A stretch of 64,000 nucleotides of DNA from Octopus sinensis (Eukaryota), in contig NC_043010.1 in NCBI RefSeq assembly GCF_006345805.1, forward strand, positions 31,806,001-31,870,000, given 5' to 3'. The notes beneath the pieces are model-generated. The model ran no database searches, was not told where the DNA came from, and worked only from the letters and a program-made list of their open reading frames with translations. Shown here piece by piece: positions 39,810 to 52,224 of this stretch (positions are counted from its first letter, which is position 1; the number at the start of each line of letters is the position of its first letter). A program made the position numbers and the translations under genes.

Positions 39810-40910
39810 CTGGTCCTTAGGTCATCCATTATTTAAACGGCCATGAATCAGATAAGCTTAGGAAGGATCTTATTGCTTTCTTCCAAAGGATGGGCTTATG
39901 GGTTAGGATAGATACTAACCTGAAAAGTGTAGCTTTTTTAGATGTAAATTTGGATTTACAGTCGGATAAATTTAAACCTTACCATAAGCCTAATGATAAG
40001 CTATCTTATATTAGCAAAGAATCCAGTTATCCACCAGTTATTCTTAGGACCTTAGTCAATAATGTAGGTAGACGAATATCATCAATTTCTTTGGATGAAG
40101 CCGCATTCCAAAATGCCGTACCTTATTACAATAGCGCATTAAGGAATAGTGGATTCTCTGAGAAGATCCAGTATAACCAACTTAATTCTAGTAGTAATGC
40201 TACAAGTAGAACTAGGACTAGGAAAGTTTTGTGGTTTAACCCAGCTTTCAATATGGCCGTAAAAACAAATACAGGTGGGGAATTCTTAAAATTAGTCTCT
40301 AGACATTTTCAACCTGACCATAAGTTTTATAGAATATTTAATAGAAGAACACTAAAGATCAGCTATTCTTGCTTCCAAAACTTCGCCTCTTTTATTAACC
40401 AACACAACAGTAGGATAATTGCTAATTACCATAGTGCTGATTCTCTTCTTAAAAATTGTAATTGCAAAGATGGATCCTCCTGTCTGTTGGAAGGAATATG
40501 TCTGGAGAAAGGAATCGTGTATAGAGCCAAGGTGCAGATAGAAGGCTCACGCGAATATAGAACTTATACAGGGGCTTCCGAAAACTTTTTCAAAACCTGA
40601 TTTTATTCGCATAAAAATTCCTTCAGATACCCCAAAAATAGGACGAAGACCAGCCTGGCAAAATATTTCTGGGAATTAAAGGAAAAAGAAGTCCGACCTT
40701 TCAACGTGACATGGAGTATTTTGGATAGAGCTACACCTTACAGGCATGGTGCACCTAAAAGACCCATCAAATGTGATTTATGCCCGCTGGTAAAATATTT
40801 CATTTTATTCCAGGAAATAACTCTTTAAATCAAAGACGCGAACTCTTGAATTCTTGCAGACACGCAACAAAATTTAAAATATCGGCTAGCAATATACCAT
40901 ATGGATAGTG
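39810..40910 (+). mobile_element. Penelope-like element, 5'-truncated (RT thumb and GIY-YIG)
   Basis: ORF 39890-40600 has AFLDVNLDL..KPYHKPND, LWFNPAFN..IFNRRTLKISYSC and CNC..CLEKGIVYRA..YTG. After a stop it continues SLAKYFWELK..TWSILDRA..CDLC..LNQRRELLNSCRH. Confidence 0.9.
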
Positions 40911-41412
40911 TATATTTTTAATTCTTGGACTAGTTTTTAATCACACTGTTGGATTTGTTTGTTATTATGCATGATTTATTTCGCATCACAAAGTTATTGT
41001 ATATATTTTGACTTATTTCTTAAGAAAAATCTTCGACTGTTATATGCAAATATTATTTTCTTGTTTAAAATTCTACTTTTATTTTCATTTTATTGTATTT
41101 TATAAACCCATTTTAATCGTTTAATATATAGATAATTCGATATAGGGTGTTCTATTTTGCATGTCTTTTATCCGAATTTCAGGGACAACTTCCTCTCTGC
41201 GCATTTCTGGATAAGAGAGGTCACCTTGTTCATCACCTCTTCTCAATTCTTATGCACCTGGAGGTTGGGACAAAACCAGATCCTGAGCAGTTTCACTGGT
41301 CCATCAGTCCAGCGTCCAACGATGCCATCCGATGGAATTGATCTACCTCTCCAGGTGCCCAGTCACAATCCTACTGACTTGCCGGCATTAATTTTAGCCT
41401 ATAATAATAATA

Positions 41413-41443
<31 letters not shown>

Positions 41444-41465
41444 GGAGGAGGAGGAGAAGAAGAAG

Positions 41466-41497
<32 letters not shown>

Positions 41498-42201
41498 TGA
41501 TTTGGAAAGCTGGTTCTTCTAAATTTCTAAATTGATGATTTTCAGGCATGATATTACCAAAATAGTAGCTTTTCAAAGAATTCACAAAGCATGCTGTGCC
41601 AACTGGATGTTTTCCTGTTACAAAAAATTATAATGACTCTCCAATCCAAACTCTTTTTAATTTAAACTTGTCCTTTTTTCTGTCTTGTTTTTCAGGCATT
41701 ATTATTTGGCAAAATGAATCTGTCATTTTTAGCAAGCTTTGCTTCACTAACCCAATAAATTTTTATCCAACCAAAATTAATGTAATTTGATGTGGGTGGT
41801 GGTGGAGGTAGAAGTGATGATGGTGATAGAAGCGTTGCTGTTCTTGCTTAACTTTAGATCAGACCTTATGCAGACACTAAACCATGATTATATTCTATGA
41901 TTTTATGGCACACTCTATCTAGGATCATAACATCTTATGCTTCCTTCCATGTTGACCCATTAATGCCTGAAATGAAAAATTTTTGAATTTTTCTTACATT
42001 CAAATACATTGTATACTTTTATGGAATTTTGTGAATATTACAATAATAAAGTGGTTTTTAGATCTGTATGATATATCATATGCTGGGCATGTAGGGTTAA
42101 AATTTTGAAATAAGGATGAAGTAAAAGATTTTTTAATGTCATTTATTTGTTTACAAAAAAATTCTAATGACAAGTAAATATATTTCTAAGAGGAATACCA
42201 T

Positions 42202-43947
42202 TTATTGGTGAAAAGGAAGAAAGCATGTGTCAGGAAATAGGCTTACATTGCATTTGATGCAAACAAATTTGGTGCATTTTCCACAAACTGCGCATTGCCT
42301 TTGAGTTTCAATTTTGTTGACAAGGTGGTCTCTGTTATCAAATTGTGCCACTTGTGGAACTTGCTTCTTTGTTTTAGGATGTACCACTCTTTTCTTTTCT
42401 AAATTTGGTGCAGCAAGCAATGCAGTAACTATTTGCCTTAGAGAAATATTCCTCTGAATGTAGCAGCAAAGAATCCATAAATTTACAATGTTTTCATTGA
42501 GGTAAAATCTAAACAAAGGCCTGTACCATTTTCTTGATCGTATTCTAATTTGATAATGACCTCTCAATTTGTCAAATAGGTCAACACCTCCCATTTGTTT
42601 GTTATATAGCTTCACAATATTTGATTGAAGTACAGATACTCTATTTCTCTCAGATTTTTTCCATTGTTTACAGCTGCCAACATCAAAAACCTCAGCTTTC
42701 AAATTGGCCACAAGATTTACTTGGTTATTATCAAGCCATTTTGGCAGAGTAATTCCAATCTTCTTATCCTCAGCTACACAGCAAATGCCTCGCACAACTT
42801 TGCTTACATCTTGTAGCGGTGCCTTTTCTGTTCTATTATTTCGAATAGTCCCAACACAAAAGAGACCATTGTTTGATAAGGCATCCATCAAAGGTAGAGA
42901 AGTGAAATAGTTGTCAATATAAATGCTTGATCCTACTGGTATAAATTTTAAAGATAATATTTTGCTAACTGAAGAACCAAGCGTTTTACTTGCAATTAAG
43001 AATCCATCTGGCCTGTCAAGGCACCAAAACTCAAAACCATAGCATATGGGCTTGCCTCTTATAAACTGTTTCATGCCATGATGCCTATAATAAGACTTCA
43101 TTGCCTTATCAAGAGAGAAATAGCTACCCATTGGTTCTACAAATTGGTAAAATTTATCATTTAGGTGATCTAAAAGAGGCCTAACCTTATAGACTTTATC
43201 GCAAGGATTGAGTTTACTGTTGTCATGGAAATGTAGATATTGATGTATTTTCTCAAATGTATTTCTAGACATTGCATGACTAACTAAATTGTTGTTTAAA
43301 TCAGATTTATTCTCCCAGTACATTCTTCTGCAGGGTAGTTTATTGTAGCCTGACAATAGAAGAATTCCAAAATACTTGTAAAAATTCTCAACAGACAAAG
43401 TAAACTACAATTCTCCCTTTTGTACGGCGTATTTAATGGTTTCTTTGCAAATACGATTCATAATATCTTTAGAGAAGCACTCCTTGAAGACGTCAGTTGG
43501 CTCAAACTTGTCCCTAAATTTTGTTGTAATCGAAGGTTCAGTTACACTGGAATCACAGTTATACTTTGCAGAGGACTGTTTCAATGGTTTATTATTCCAT
43601 TTGCAAAGACTTTCCTTTGCGCGTGAATAGCGCTTTTTAGAAGAGCTTGGTGTCACCTCCTTCTCTACATCAAGAACCTCAACACCAGCTTTACAATAGG
43701 CTCTAATCTCACCTTTCTCTGCAAGAATACCTCTACCAATGTCACATAAATTTGCTAAAGATTTTCTGCAGGCTATTGAAGCATCATCTTTATCTGAATC
43801 ATTGCTATGATTTGGTGGATGAAGAACCAGTTGAAGCTCATCAGCATTATAAATTTCCTCAATAAAATATTCAGTATCATCACCAGATTCGATTATATTT
43901 AAGATTTCTTTGGTGTTTCTTTCACCATCAAGTTTTCTTATAGACAT
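42202..43947 (-). pseudogene. piggyBac (PGBD-like) transposase with a single in-frame stop
   Basis: The two listed ORFs share a frame across TAG at 43405-43407 (KGEL*FTLSVENF). Triad motifs SLDK, YIDNYFTS and MGGVDLFD are present, as is the C-terminal Cys-rich CAVC..CIKC..CFLPFH. Confidence 0.9.
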
Positions 43948-44369
43948 ATTCAATGATCTAGAAATAAGAATTCGATATATATACATTTCACTTGCACTTA
44001 TGCAAACATTAGTTGGCTAGTAAACAGGCTACTTTTTATGAAGAAAATAAATAATAGATATAGGAATTACCAGTAGTTGTTATTTCCACTTTCAGTTCAC
44101 CTTCAACTGGGAAGTTATTAGGTAGTGTAATGGTTCTATTAGACTGGTGACTGTAGTCAATATTGTGCCTTTTGAGGTATCCTCATTCTATGAAGGTGTT
44201 GTTTGATCCAGTATTGAGTAGCCCACAAATGGAATGATTGTTGAATTTGGTGTTGACCAAACCACAACCTAGTGTTTCCAAGGTTGCCATATGATGGATA
44301 GATTGATTTCTTCACTATCAGTTTCTTCATCTAGAGAGTCAGGTTTGTCCAAAGATATTATTATTTTAT

Positions 44370-44545
44370 TCGTTTCAGCCATTTGACTGCAACCTTGCTT
44401 GAGCACCACCTTTTAGTCAAAGAAATCAACCCCAGCACTTATTCTTTGTAAGCCTGGTACTTATTCTATTGCTAACTTTTGCTGAACTGCTAAGTTACAG
44501 GGATGTAAACACACCAGCATCTGTTGTCAAGTGATGGTGGGGTGG
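44370..44545 (-). mobile_element. SINE 3' part (16592 family)
   Basis: GTTTCAGCCATTTGACTGC..CTTATTCTTTGTAAGCCTGGTACTTATTCTAT..ACACACCAGCATC. Confidence 0.65.
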
Positions 44546-44654
44546 GGTGGGGGACAAACACAAACAAAAATACACAAATCTATCTATCTACCTATCTGTC
44601 TACCTATCTATCTATCTTTCTATCTATCTATATATATATATATATCTATATATA

Positions 44655-44711
<57 letters not shown>

Positions 44712-44713
<2 letters not shown>

Positions 44714-44865
44714 GACAAGCTCCTTTCAGTCTACCAAATTCACTCACAAGGCTTTGGTCAGCCTGAGGCGATAGTAGAAGACACTTGCCCAAGGTACCAC
44801 ATAGTGGGACTGAACCCAGAACCATGTGACTGGGAAGCAAGTTTCCAACCACACAACCATGCCTG
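44712..44865 (-). mobile_element. SINE 5' part (16592 family)
   Basis: Head of the same element as 44370-44545, separated from it by a microsatellite. Confidence 0.65.
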
Positions 44866-46649
44866 CTTAATTTTAGATTTTGAAGAGCTCTTACTTTTTG
44901 ATAATCAAACATTGGCCCAGTGTCCCCTTTTTTGGCAATTACATATTGAAGACTTTGCAGGGCACCGACTTTATATGTTTGCTTATGATTTTGATGGTCC
45001 TGCATGAATAGTTCTGAAAGAACTAGCCAATGTGGTTGCTGCATATATTGTTTAGTCCAGTGATATTCATGTTTACATCTATTTACCGTAAGTCTATGAG
45101 GGTAGGGTTTGCATTTTTTATTGTTGTTATTTCATTGTTGAGTTTTATCCTTAGAATAGCTTTTCATTGGTTTATCAGGAAATCACTGATTTTAACTCTT
45201 TTACTACTTCTACTTCTAGAGTGCTGGAATATCCATGATTTAGGACTTTAGAACTTTTAAATCTTAGATCTTTCCATCCTCCGCTTTGTACGAATTTGTT
45301 TTGTTTGTGTTTATTATTTTTGCTGATCCATATTAAACAGGTGTTCAAGAGGCATTCTATTAGGTATTCTAAAGGTGCTCTAGAGCTTTATTGTGTTGTT
45401 TTGTTATTCACCTTGCTTATTGTACTTCTATATTCATGGTTTACTTTCTAAATGGCTTTAACTTTACTGTTTTTATTCTCACTATTGGCATTTTTGATAT
45501 TTCTTTTGTTTGCTGCTATGTATCCTGTTTTTTTAGTTACCTTTCTGTTTGCTTCTTTGTTTTTTAAGATATGTCTTTTTAAACTATTGACTCTCCTTGG
45601 ATCTAAAGTCACTTTTAGATCAAGTTATTTTCTCTCCAGGTATTATATTTGTATGTTTAGTAGTTTAGTGTTTCTTTTCTTTTCTATTTTGTGCTTTAAT
45701 GTTGGTGTAAAATATGTGTGTAGTACATAATTATATTTTTCTCATACCATTAATGTTTTACTAAAAGGAATTGAAGCATAAAGTCTAACCTTTTATATAG
45801 ATTCAGTTTGTCATTATGTTCCTCTGGTATTATCTTAATTGGTTCAGTGTTGCAGAGCTTAGTATTTTCATTTTTAAGCACTTCTTATACATTTAATTCA
45901 AACTATGCATTCCTATTTTAATACTGGGCCAAATGATATGGTTTTATTTACATTGTTTACCATTTTGTGTGCATGTGTGAAGAAGTGCATTTGCCTCATG
46001 GCGATTTGGCTTATTCTCCATTTGTATGTTAACACGTGTTAGATACTCAACCATGAGTACTAACATTAGCAATATGCTACTTATATGAGACAGGGAAAAA
46101 AGCAAAAAACGTTTTACTAAGTTAATGTTTTACTAAAAAATGCATTGTTCAAGCATTTTGGTAGTTGTTTCAATTTTTTTCACTTTTTATATCAGTGATG
46201 TTAATGGATACCTCTTAGAGTAGTGAAGTCATGGTACCTTTGTAGAACTGTGAAGCAGCAGTGTTTTTGTTTGATTTTAATTTCTTTTTTATTTTACTAA
46301 ATTGGAAACTTAATAGCATATAAAAGAAAGACAATAAATAATTATTTAATTTATTTATTTATTAGAAAGTCAGGCTAAGAGGTAGCAGGTAAAATCTGAA
46401 TAACATTGTAATAACACCACTAAAAATAAATTTGAAATAAAAAATTGCAACGAAAATAATGTTCTAAAAAATACTATAAAAATTGTAAAAACAGAAATAA
46501 AAAAGAATTAATTTAGTTATAAACAATAAAATAAATCTTAGGTAATTAAGTAACAGTGAAACATAAAATTTGTGTTATAACAGTTACAAATTTGTCTAAG
46601 TTAAAATATTTTAACATATTTATCATTATAATAAATGTTATGATTTGAT

Positions 46650-47200
46650 CACCTTGATAGATTTTTAAATTAACAATTATAGCTCAAAGACTTTGTCATC
46701 CAAAGATAATTAGTTCCAAATCTGTATGAGACAGTTAGTAAGAAATAAAAACAAGGATTGGTATATGTTAATGGATATGTCAATTTCTAAGTGTGAACAT
46801 GCTGCAGGTGAATGTTATTTGACAAAGAAAAATAGTTGGAAACTTTGTGCAGGATCACAATCATTTACGATGGATATGCTTAGTGTTCAATGAGTGCTGA
46901 TTTAATTTTTCTGAATACTGATTAAGTGAGACTTTTGAAAGCTAGTAGGTATTTAGTAAAATGGCTTTGGCAATTTGTAGTTTTTTGTTTTGGTTTTGCT
47001 GTCTTTGCTGTAATCAAAGTGCTTTCCCTATTGTGTGTTTGGTGTCTTGTAGTGTTATTCCTGTATGTTGAATATATCTGTAAGTTTTGAAATTTTGGTT
47101 ATGCATTTTTTTGTATGGTCTTCATTCATTCCCAAGGTGCCTATTGTTACTGGAATTGTTTGTAGCTGAGTACTCCACAGTAGCTGATGAGTCTATGGAT
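46650..47200 (-). mobile_element. Possible highly degraded PLE endonuclease region
   Basis: Weak motifs VEYSAT..; ILHKVSNYFLCQITFTCSM. Motif similarity only. Confidence 0.3.
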
Positions 47201-47417
47201 ACATGTACCTTTAGATTTTTTCTTAGATGAGATGCAATTCATTTGAGAAGCTTCTACACAGCCCAGTTTCATTCATAAAGCATGGGCTGTTCAATGATAT
47301 AGATGCTATGCAGTAATGTCAAAATCAGGACCTCTTGATTACAGAGTGTGATATCTATACCATTCCTCCATTTTCTGATTGTATATATATATATACATAC
47401 ATACATACAATATGTGT

Positions 47418-48762
47418 CGTTCTTTCCCTCTCCATCCGTCCCCCCCCCCTTTCTACGTTTCTCTATCTCTCTCACCTCCAGCCCCCTCGATCTGTCTCTT
47501 TCTTCTCCTCCCTCGTCCACCTTCTCTCCCTTTTCATCTGTCCCTTTCTCCTGTCTTTTGTTCTCACGTGACAGCTAGCCGCTGTTGAGCGCTCTTTTCG
47601 TTTTCAGCAGCCTCAGAAGCAACACGGATTTGTTCGTCTCCCCGTGGCCTTTAGGCACAACTTCACAAGCCAGCCCCTACTCAAATCGTCCTGTCGAAAG
47701 ACCCTTGTCCTACGTCCTGGTTTTGTTTTGTTGTTTATTTTTTATTTTTACCGTTATTGTTTTTACGTTTTTGTATTCTTATTGGTGTCACGTATTCTGT
47801 ATTTTTGTTTGTGTACTTCGATCGTTTTCCGTCCTTCGTTGTATACATTCGAAGCTTTGGGCTGGCCATATCGGAGCAATCTCAAGATTAATCAGCCGAA
47901 ATTGCTAAGATGATCTGGTTCTTGACTGATGACTGAGGGCTTCGAATGTCCCGTCCTGTGGCTCTTGTGTCGTCTCTGTGGTGTTTCATGTTCTTGTCCA
48001 TGTCTGTATTTAATTTTACTGTTTACCTATATAATCGGCGGCTACGTATCCACAATTGTCCTTATACGATAAGTATATTTTTTTCTCAAGCTTTGATACG
48101 ACTCTTAATCTGTCTCTTTTTCTCTCTCTCTCCCTCCTCCCTTATTCCACTTCCGTTCTTTCCCTCTCCATCCGTCCCCCCCCCCTTTCTACGTTTCTCT
48201 ATCTCTCTCACCTCCAGCCCCCTCGATCTGTCTCTTTCTTCTCCTCCCTCGTCCACCTTCTCTCCCTTTTCATCTGTCCCTTTCTCCTGTCTTTTGTTCT
48301 CACGTGACAGCTAGCCGCTGTTGAGCGCTCTTTTCGTTTTCAGCAGCCTCAGAAGCAACACGGATTTGTTCGTCTCCCCGTGGCCTTTAGGCACAACTTC
48401 ACAAGCCAGCCCCTACTCAAATCGTCCTGTCGAAAGACCCTTGTCCTACGTCCTGGTTTTGTTTTGTTGTTTATTTTTTATTTTTACCGTTATTGTTTTT
48501 ACGTTTTTGTATTCTTATTGGTGTCACGTATTCTGTATTTTTGTTTGTGTACTTCGATCGTTTTCCGTCCTTTCGTTGTATACATTCGAAGCTTTGGGCT
48601 GGCCATATCGGAGCAATCTCAAGATTAATCAGCCGAAATTGCTAAGATGATCTGGTTCTTGACTGATGACTGAGGGCTTCGAATGTCCCGTCCTGTGGCT
48701 CTTGTGTCGTCTCTGTGGTGTTTCATGTTCTTGTCCATGTCTGTATTTAATTTTACTGTTTA

Positions 48763-48770
<8 letters not shown>
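47418..48770 (+). repeat. Tandem duplication with 736-bp period (47418-48033 and 48154-48770)
   Basis: Near-identical ~615-bp units separated by a 120-bp spacer. Confidence 0.9.
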
Positions 48771-48801
<31 letters not shown>

Positions 48802-48881
48802 TTGAAACACTTATATACTCTTATATTTTCATATATATATATATATATATTAAAAAAAGGAGATGTCGAACACGAGTGGTG

Positions 48882-49204
48882 ATATATAAAAAAGGAAATG
48901 AAGAAAATGCTGACAAATAATTGAAGTAATTTAAGTAATTTAATTAGGTGAAAGTTCTTTTTACCGGTTGCGCATTTGTTATGCTTATCAAAATATAAAA
49001 GAGAGATTAGAGTTCCTTTCTTATAGAATTTTTCCTCTTATCAGATAAGAGGAAAAATTCTATAAGAAAGGAACTCTAATCTCTCTTTTATATTTTGATA
49101 AGCATAACAAATGCGCAACCGGTAAAAAGAACTTTCACCTAATTAAATTACTTAAATTACTTCAATTATTTGTCAGCATTTTCTTCATTTCCTTTTTTAT
49201 ATAT
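48882..49204. repeat. Perfect 323-bp palindrome (161-bp arms, 1-nt centre at 49043)
   Basis: Arms compared by eye base by base; no mismatch found. Confidence 0.92.
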
Positions 49205-49214
49205 ATATATATAT

Positions 49215-49830
49215 ATACCCTTGTCATCATCATTTAGTGTCTGTTTTCCATGTTGGCATGGGTTAGATGATTTGAATGGAACTGGTAAGCTGGAGAGCTG
49301 TACCAGGTTCCAGTCTGATTTTAACATGTTTTCTACAGCTGGATGCCCTTCCTAATATCAACCACTCCAAGAGTGTAGTAGGTGCCTTTTATGTGCCACC
49401 AGCATAGGTGTCTTTAAATGTGTCACCAGCACTGTCCATGACTATAGTTTCACTTGGCCTGACAAGTCTTCTCAAGCATGGAAACTGCCAAAAGTCTCCA
49501 TCATTTGTCATCATCTATATGAGACCCAACATCCAAAGATCATGCTTCACCATCTCATCCCATGTCTTCCTGAGTTTACCTCTTCCACAGGTTGTCTTCA
49601 CAGTTAGAGATTGGCACTTCTTTATGCAGCTGTCCTTCTCCATACACATCACATAACCATACCTGCACAGTCTTCTCACTTGCACACCAAACCTTATGCC
49701 TCTTATGTTCAGTTTTTCTCTCAAGATACTTACACTCTGTTGTACATGCACACTGACATTGCACATCCAGTGAATCACAGTAGCTTAATTTCTTTCAAGC
49801 CATTGCATGTCCTCTGCAGTCAAAGACACA
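49215..49830 (-). mobile_element. RTE LINE 3' end with tail
   Basis: CNVSVHVQQSVSILREKLNIRGI..RRLCRYGYVMCMEKDSCIKKC..GRGKLRKTWDEMVKHDL, followed by the (GAT)n tail. Confidence 0.82.
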
Positions 49831-50449
49831 TTAAAATTTTCTGTCATCTATCATAGCACATATACATTTTAAAGTCATTTTTTAGTTAGAAAAAAAATAG
49901 GAAAAAAAAGTTTTTTCAGTTCTTTACATGTAATAAATGATTCTTAATACTATTATTAAATTACAATAATTACCTTAAAATTTGTAGCTTGATAAATTTA
50001 TACTAAAATATGGACAATATAGTTACAATATCTGTGCAAATATGAATATATATTAATGAATTTTTATTTATTCTAAGCGTATTATTATGCAATAACATAT
50101 TACTTTCGTAATTGACACAAAACAAACACATGGGATCTTTACCTTTTGATCGGCAGATTTAGAAAATAATTTTTTGTAACTAAACACTTTCAAACTTCGT
50201 ATACTGGTAGAATGTGTCAGATAAAACATCTTTTACTCTTAGTGTTTTTGAGAAAAGTTTATATTTACGAAGTTAATTCGTGTTAAAGTTGTCGTGTTTC
50301 GGTAATTTCAACGATTCAATGACGTGTATTCATCTGAATAAAATTACTGCTGTTGTTTGTCAACAACAACTATCGGCGGTGTATATTTCGTTTGTCACTG
50401 TTATTTATGACATTGTTCGTGCGTTTGTACTGGTTTTAGCCTTAAGGTT

Positions 50450-50489
50450 TTAGGGTTAGGGTTAGGGTGTTAGGGTTTTATGGTTAGGG
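50450..50489 (+). repeat. Interstitial (TTAGGG)n telomere-like repeats
   Basis: TTAGGGTTAGGGTTAGGGTGTTAGGGTTTTATGGTTAGGG. Confidence 0.75.
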
Positions 50490-50547
50490 TCAGATACATT
50501 TAAGTAATATTATTAATAGGCCAGTAATTCTTATGTATTTATAAAAA

Positions 50548-50648
50548 TTTCTGCGACCACATCACCCCTAGCATCCAGCCACCTAACTCCCCAGACTGCA
50601 ACCTCCTTGATTATTATGTGTAGGGTGCAGTTAAGGGAGAGGACAACG
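50548..50648 (+). mobile_element. Tc1/mariner-superfamily transposase fragment
   Basis: CDHITPSIQPPNSPDCNLLDYYV*GAV resembles WPPNSPDxNPLDYxVWG. Confidence 0.55.
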
Positions 50649-50690
50649 GTTTTTATTCAATGGGTTTTTTAATAACGTCTATTGCCGTTA

Positions 50691-50749
50691 ATAGCCGATG
50701 AGAATGCATCATAGCTCTTTGTTCTGTCATTTGAAACTACGAGTACTAT
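50691..50749 (+). ncRNA. Hammerhead-like motif with U4C core
   Basis: ATAG-CCGATGA-GAATG..CATTT-GAAA-CT-ACG-AG-TA-CTAT. Confidence 0.5.
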
Positions 50750-50958
50750 AATGACAACTTACTCTTTGTTCTAAATTATAACATGTATAAATAATCCTCT
50801 ATTTATCTAATATTGTGGTCTCATTCTTTTGTTGTCACATTTTATTATTATTATCATTATTATAATTTTTATTATTTTATACACACACACACATATATAT
50901 ACATATATGGATGTTTATAAATATATTTATATAAATCCCCACACACATGCACACACAT

Positions 50959-50989
<31 letters not shown>

Positions 50990-51429
50990 GCACATAGCTA
51001 TCTATACATACACCAAAGAAATGTTATTCAGAATTGCGATCTGAATCACGTCCAATAGCAGAAAATTGTAGCAAAATTATCATAATGGCAGCAAGAGGAA
51101 CGGTCTAGAATCTGAAGACATCTGAATCAATAACAGTTGGCAATATCAATAAGTTGAATGGATATTGGTAACAAATGGAAGAATCAAATTAAGAATATTA
51201 TTGGATATTGGTTTCTCTGTAAGGAATCTAGTTGTTTTAGAGAATTTCTCTTGGTTTGATTTCTTGTGGGGAAAGTGTATTTTTTCTTCCCCTCTCTCTA
51301 ATGTCTCTTCTCCGTTCTTCCTCTCGTCTTTCTCTTACATTCTCTCTATCTCTCTTGCTTTTTCTTCTTTACTCAGCCTGTCTCTTATTTTAACTCTCTC
51401 AGTCGCAAGTCTGATTTCCTACGAATAAA

Positions 51430-51680
51430 TATATATAATCATATATCATCATTGTCACAAATCTTATCTCCACTTTTCTATGCTTGCATGGGTCAGATGG
51501 AATTTTGTTGAGGCAGATTTTCTATGGCTAGATGCTCTTCCTGTTGCCAATTCCCACCTGTTCTCAAATAAGGTAATATTTCTCCATAACCAAACATGAT
51601 TCCATGAAATATTTGGAATGAAGGACAATGCTTGCTTGATAGTGACATTTGTCAATAACTATCACATGATGTCATGGCAA
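51430..51680 (-). mobile_element. SINE/RTE-tail repeat
   Basis: CATCATTG..TTTCTATGCTTGCATGGGTCAGATGG..GATGCTCTTCCTGTTGCCAA. Confidence 0.6.
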
Positions 51681-51964
51681 GAAGACAGATAGACAGACAT
51701 ACACATTTTAGTAGCAGGACCCAAAATTTCCTAGCTTTATTAATACCTTACATAAATGCAATCATATGAATTCAGTCTGTTTTCAATATATTGTTTTTAA
51801 AAGATGCTGACAATTTTCTATTGGTTCAGGAATATTGATCCTTTTAAAATGGTGTATTCAACCCAGCAAAATTATGTACATATAGTTTAGGCTGAGCACC
51901 ACAAAATACCCAAGAATAAAGAAATCAAGAACTAGAAATAAAATTTTACTCTTGCAGTTTAAGC

Positions 51965-52110
51965 AGAAACATGGCTGTGTAGTTAAGAAGTTTGCTTCCC
52001 AACCATAGACCCACTATGTGGCACCTTGGACAACTGCCTTCTATTTTAGTTCCAGGCTGACCAAAGCCTTGTAAACTGATTTAGTAAATGGAAACTGAAG
52101 GAAGCCCATT
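51965..52110 (+). mobile_element. tRNA-derived SINE 5' part
   Basis: TGGCTGTGTAGTTAAGAAG..GTGGCACCTTGGACAA..GACCAAAGCCTTGT. Confidence 0.65.
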
Positions 52111-52224
52111 GTATATACACACACACACAAATACACAGAAATACACATGTATGTATTATGTGTGTATGTAAATTTATGTTTCCTTCTCTTGACATCATAT
52201 GATAGTTGTGCATGAGTGTCATCT

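Noticed and set aside
41277-41311. TGGA-CTGATGG-ACCAGT-GAAA-CTGCTCAG-GA motif near the Penelope 3' end
   Set aside because: Two invariant positions (A9 and U16.1) are changed; possibly a decayed HHR but not supportable.
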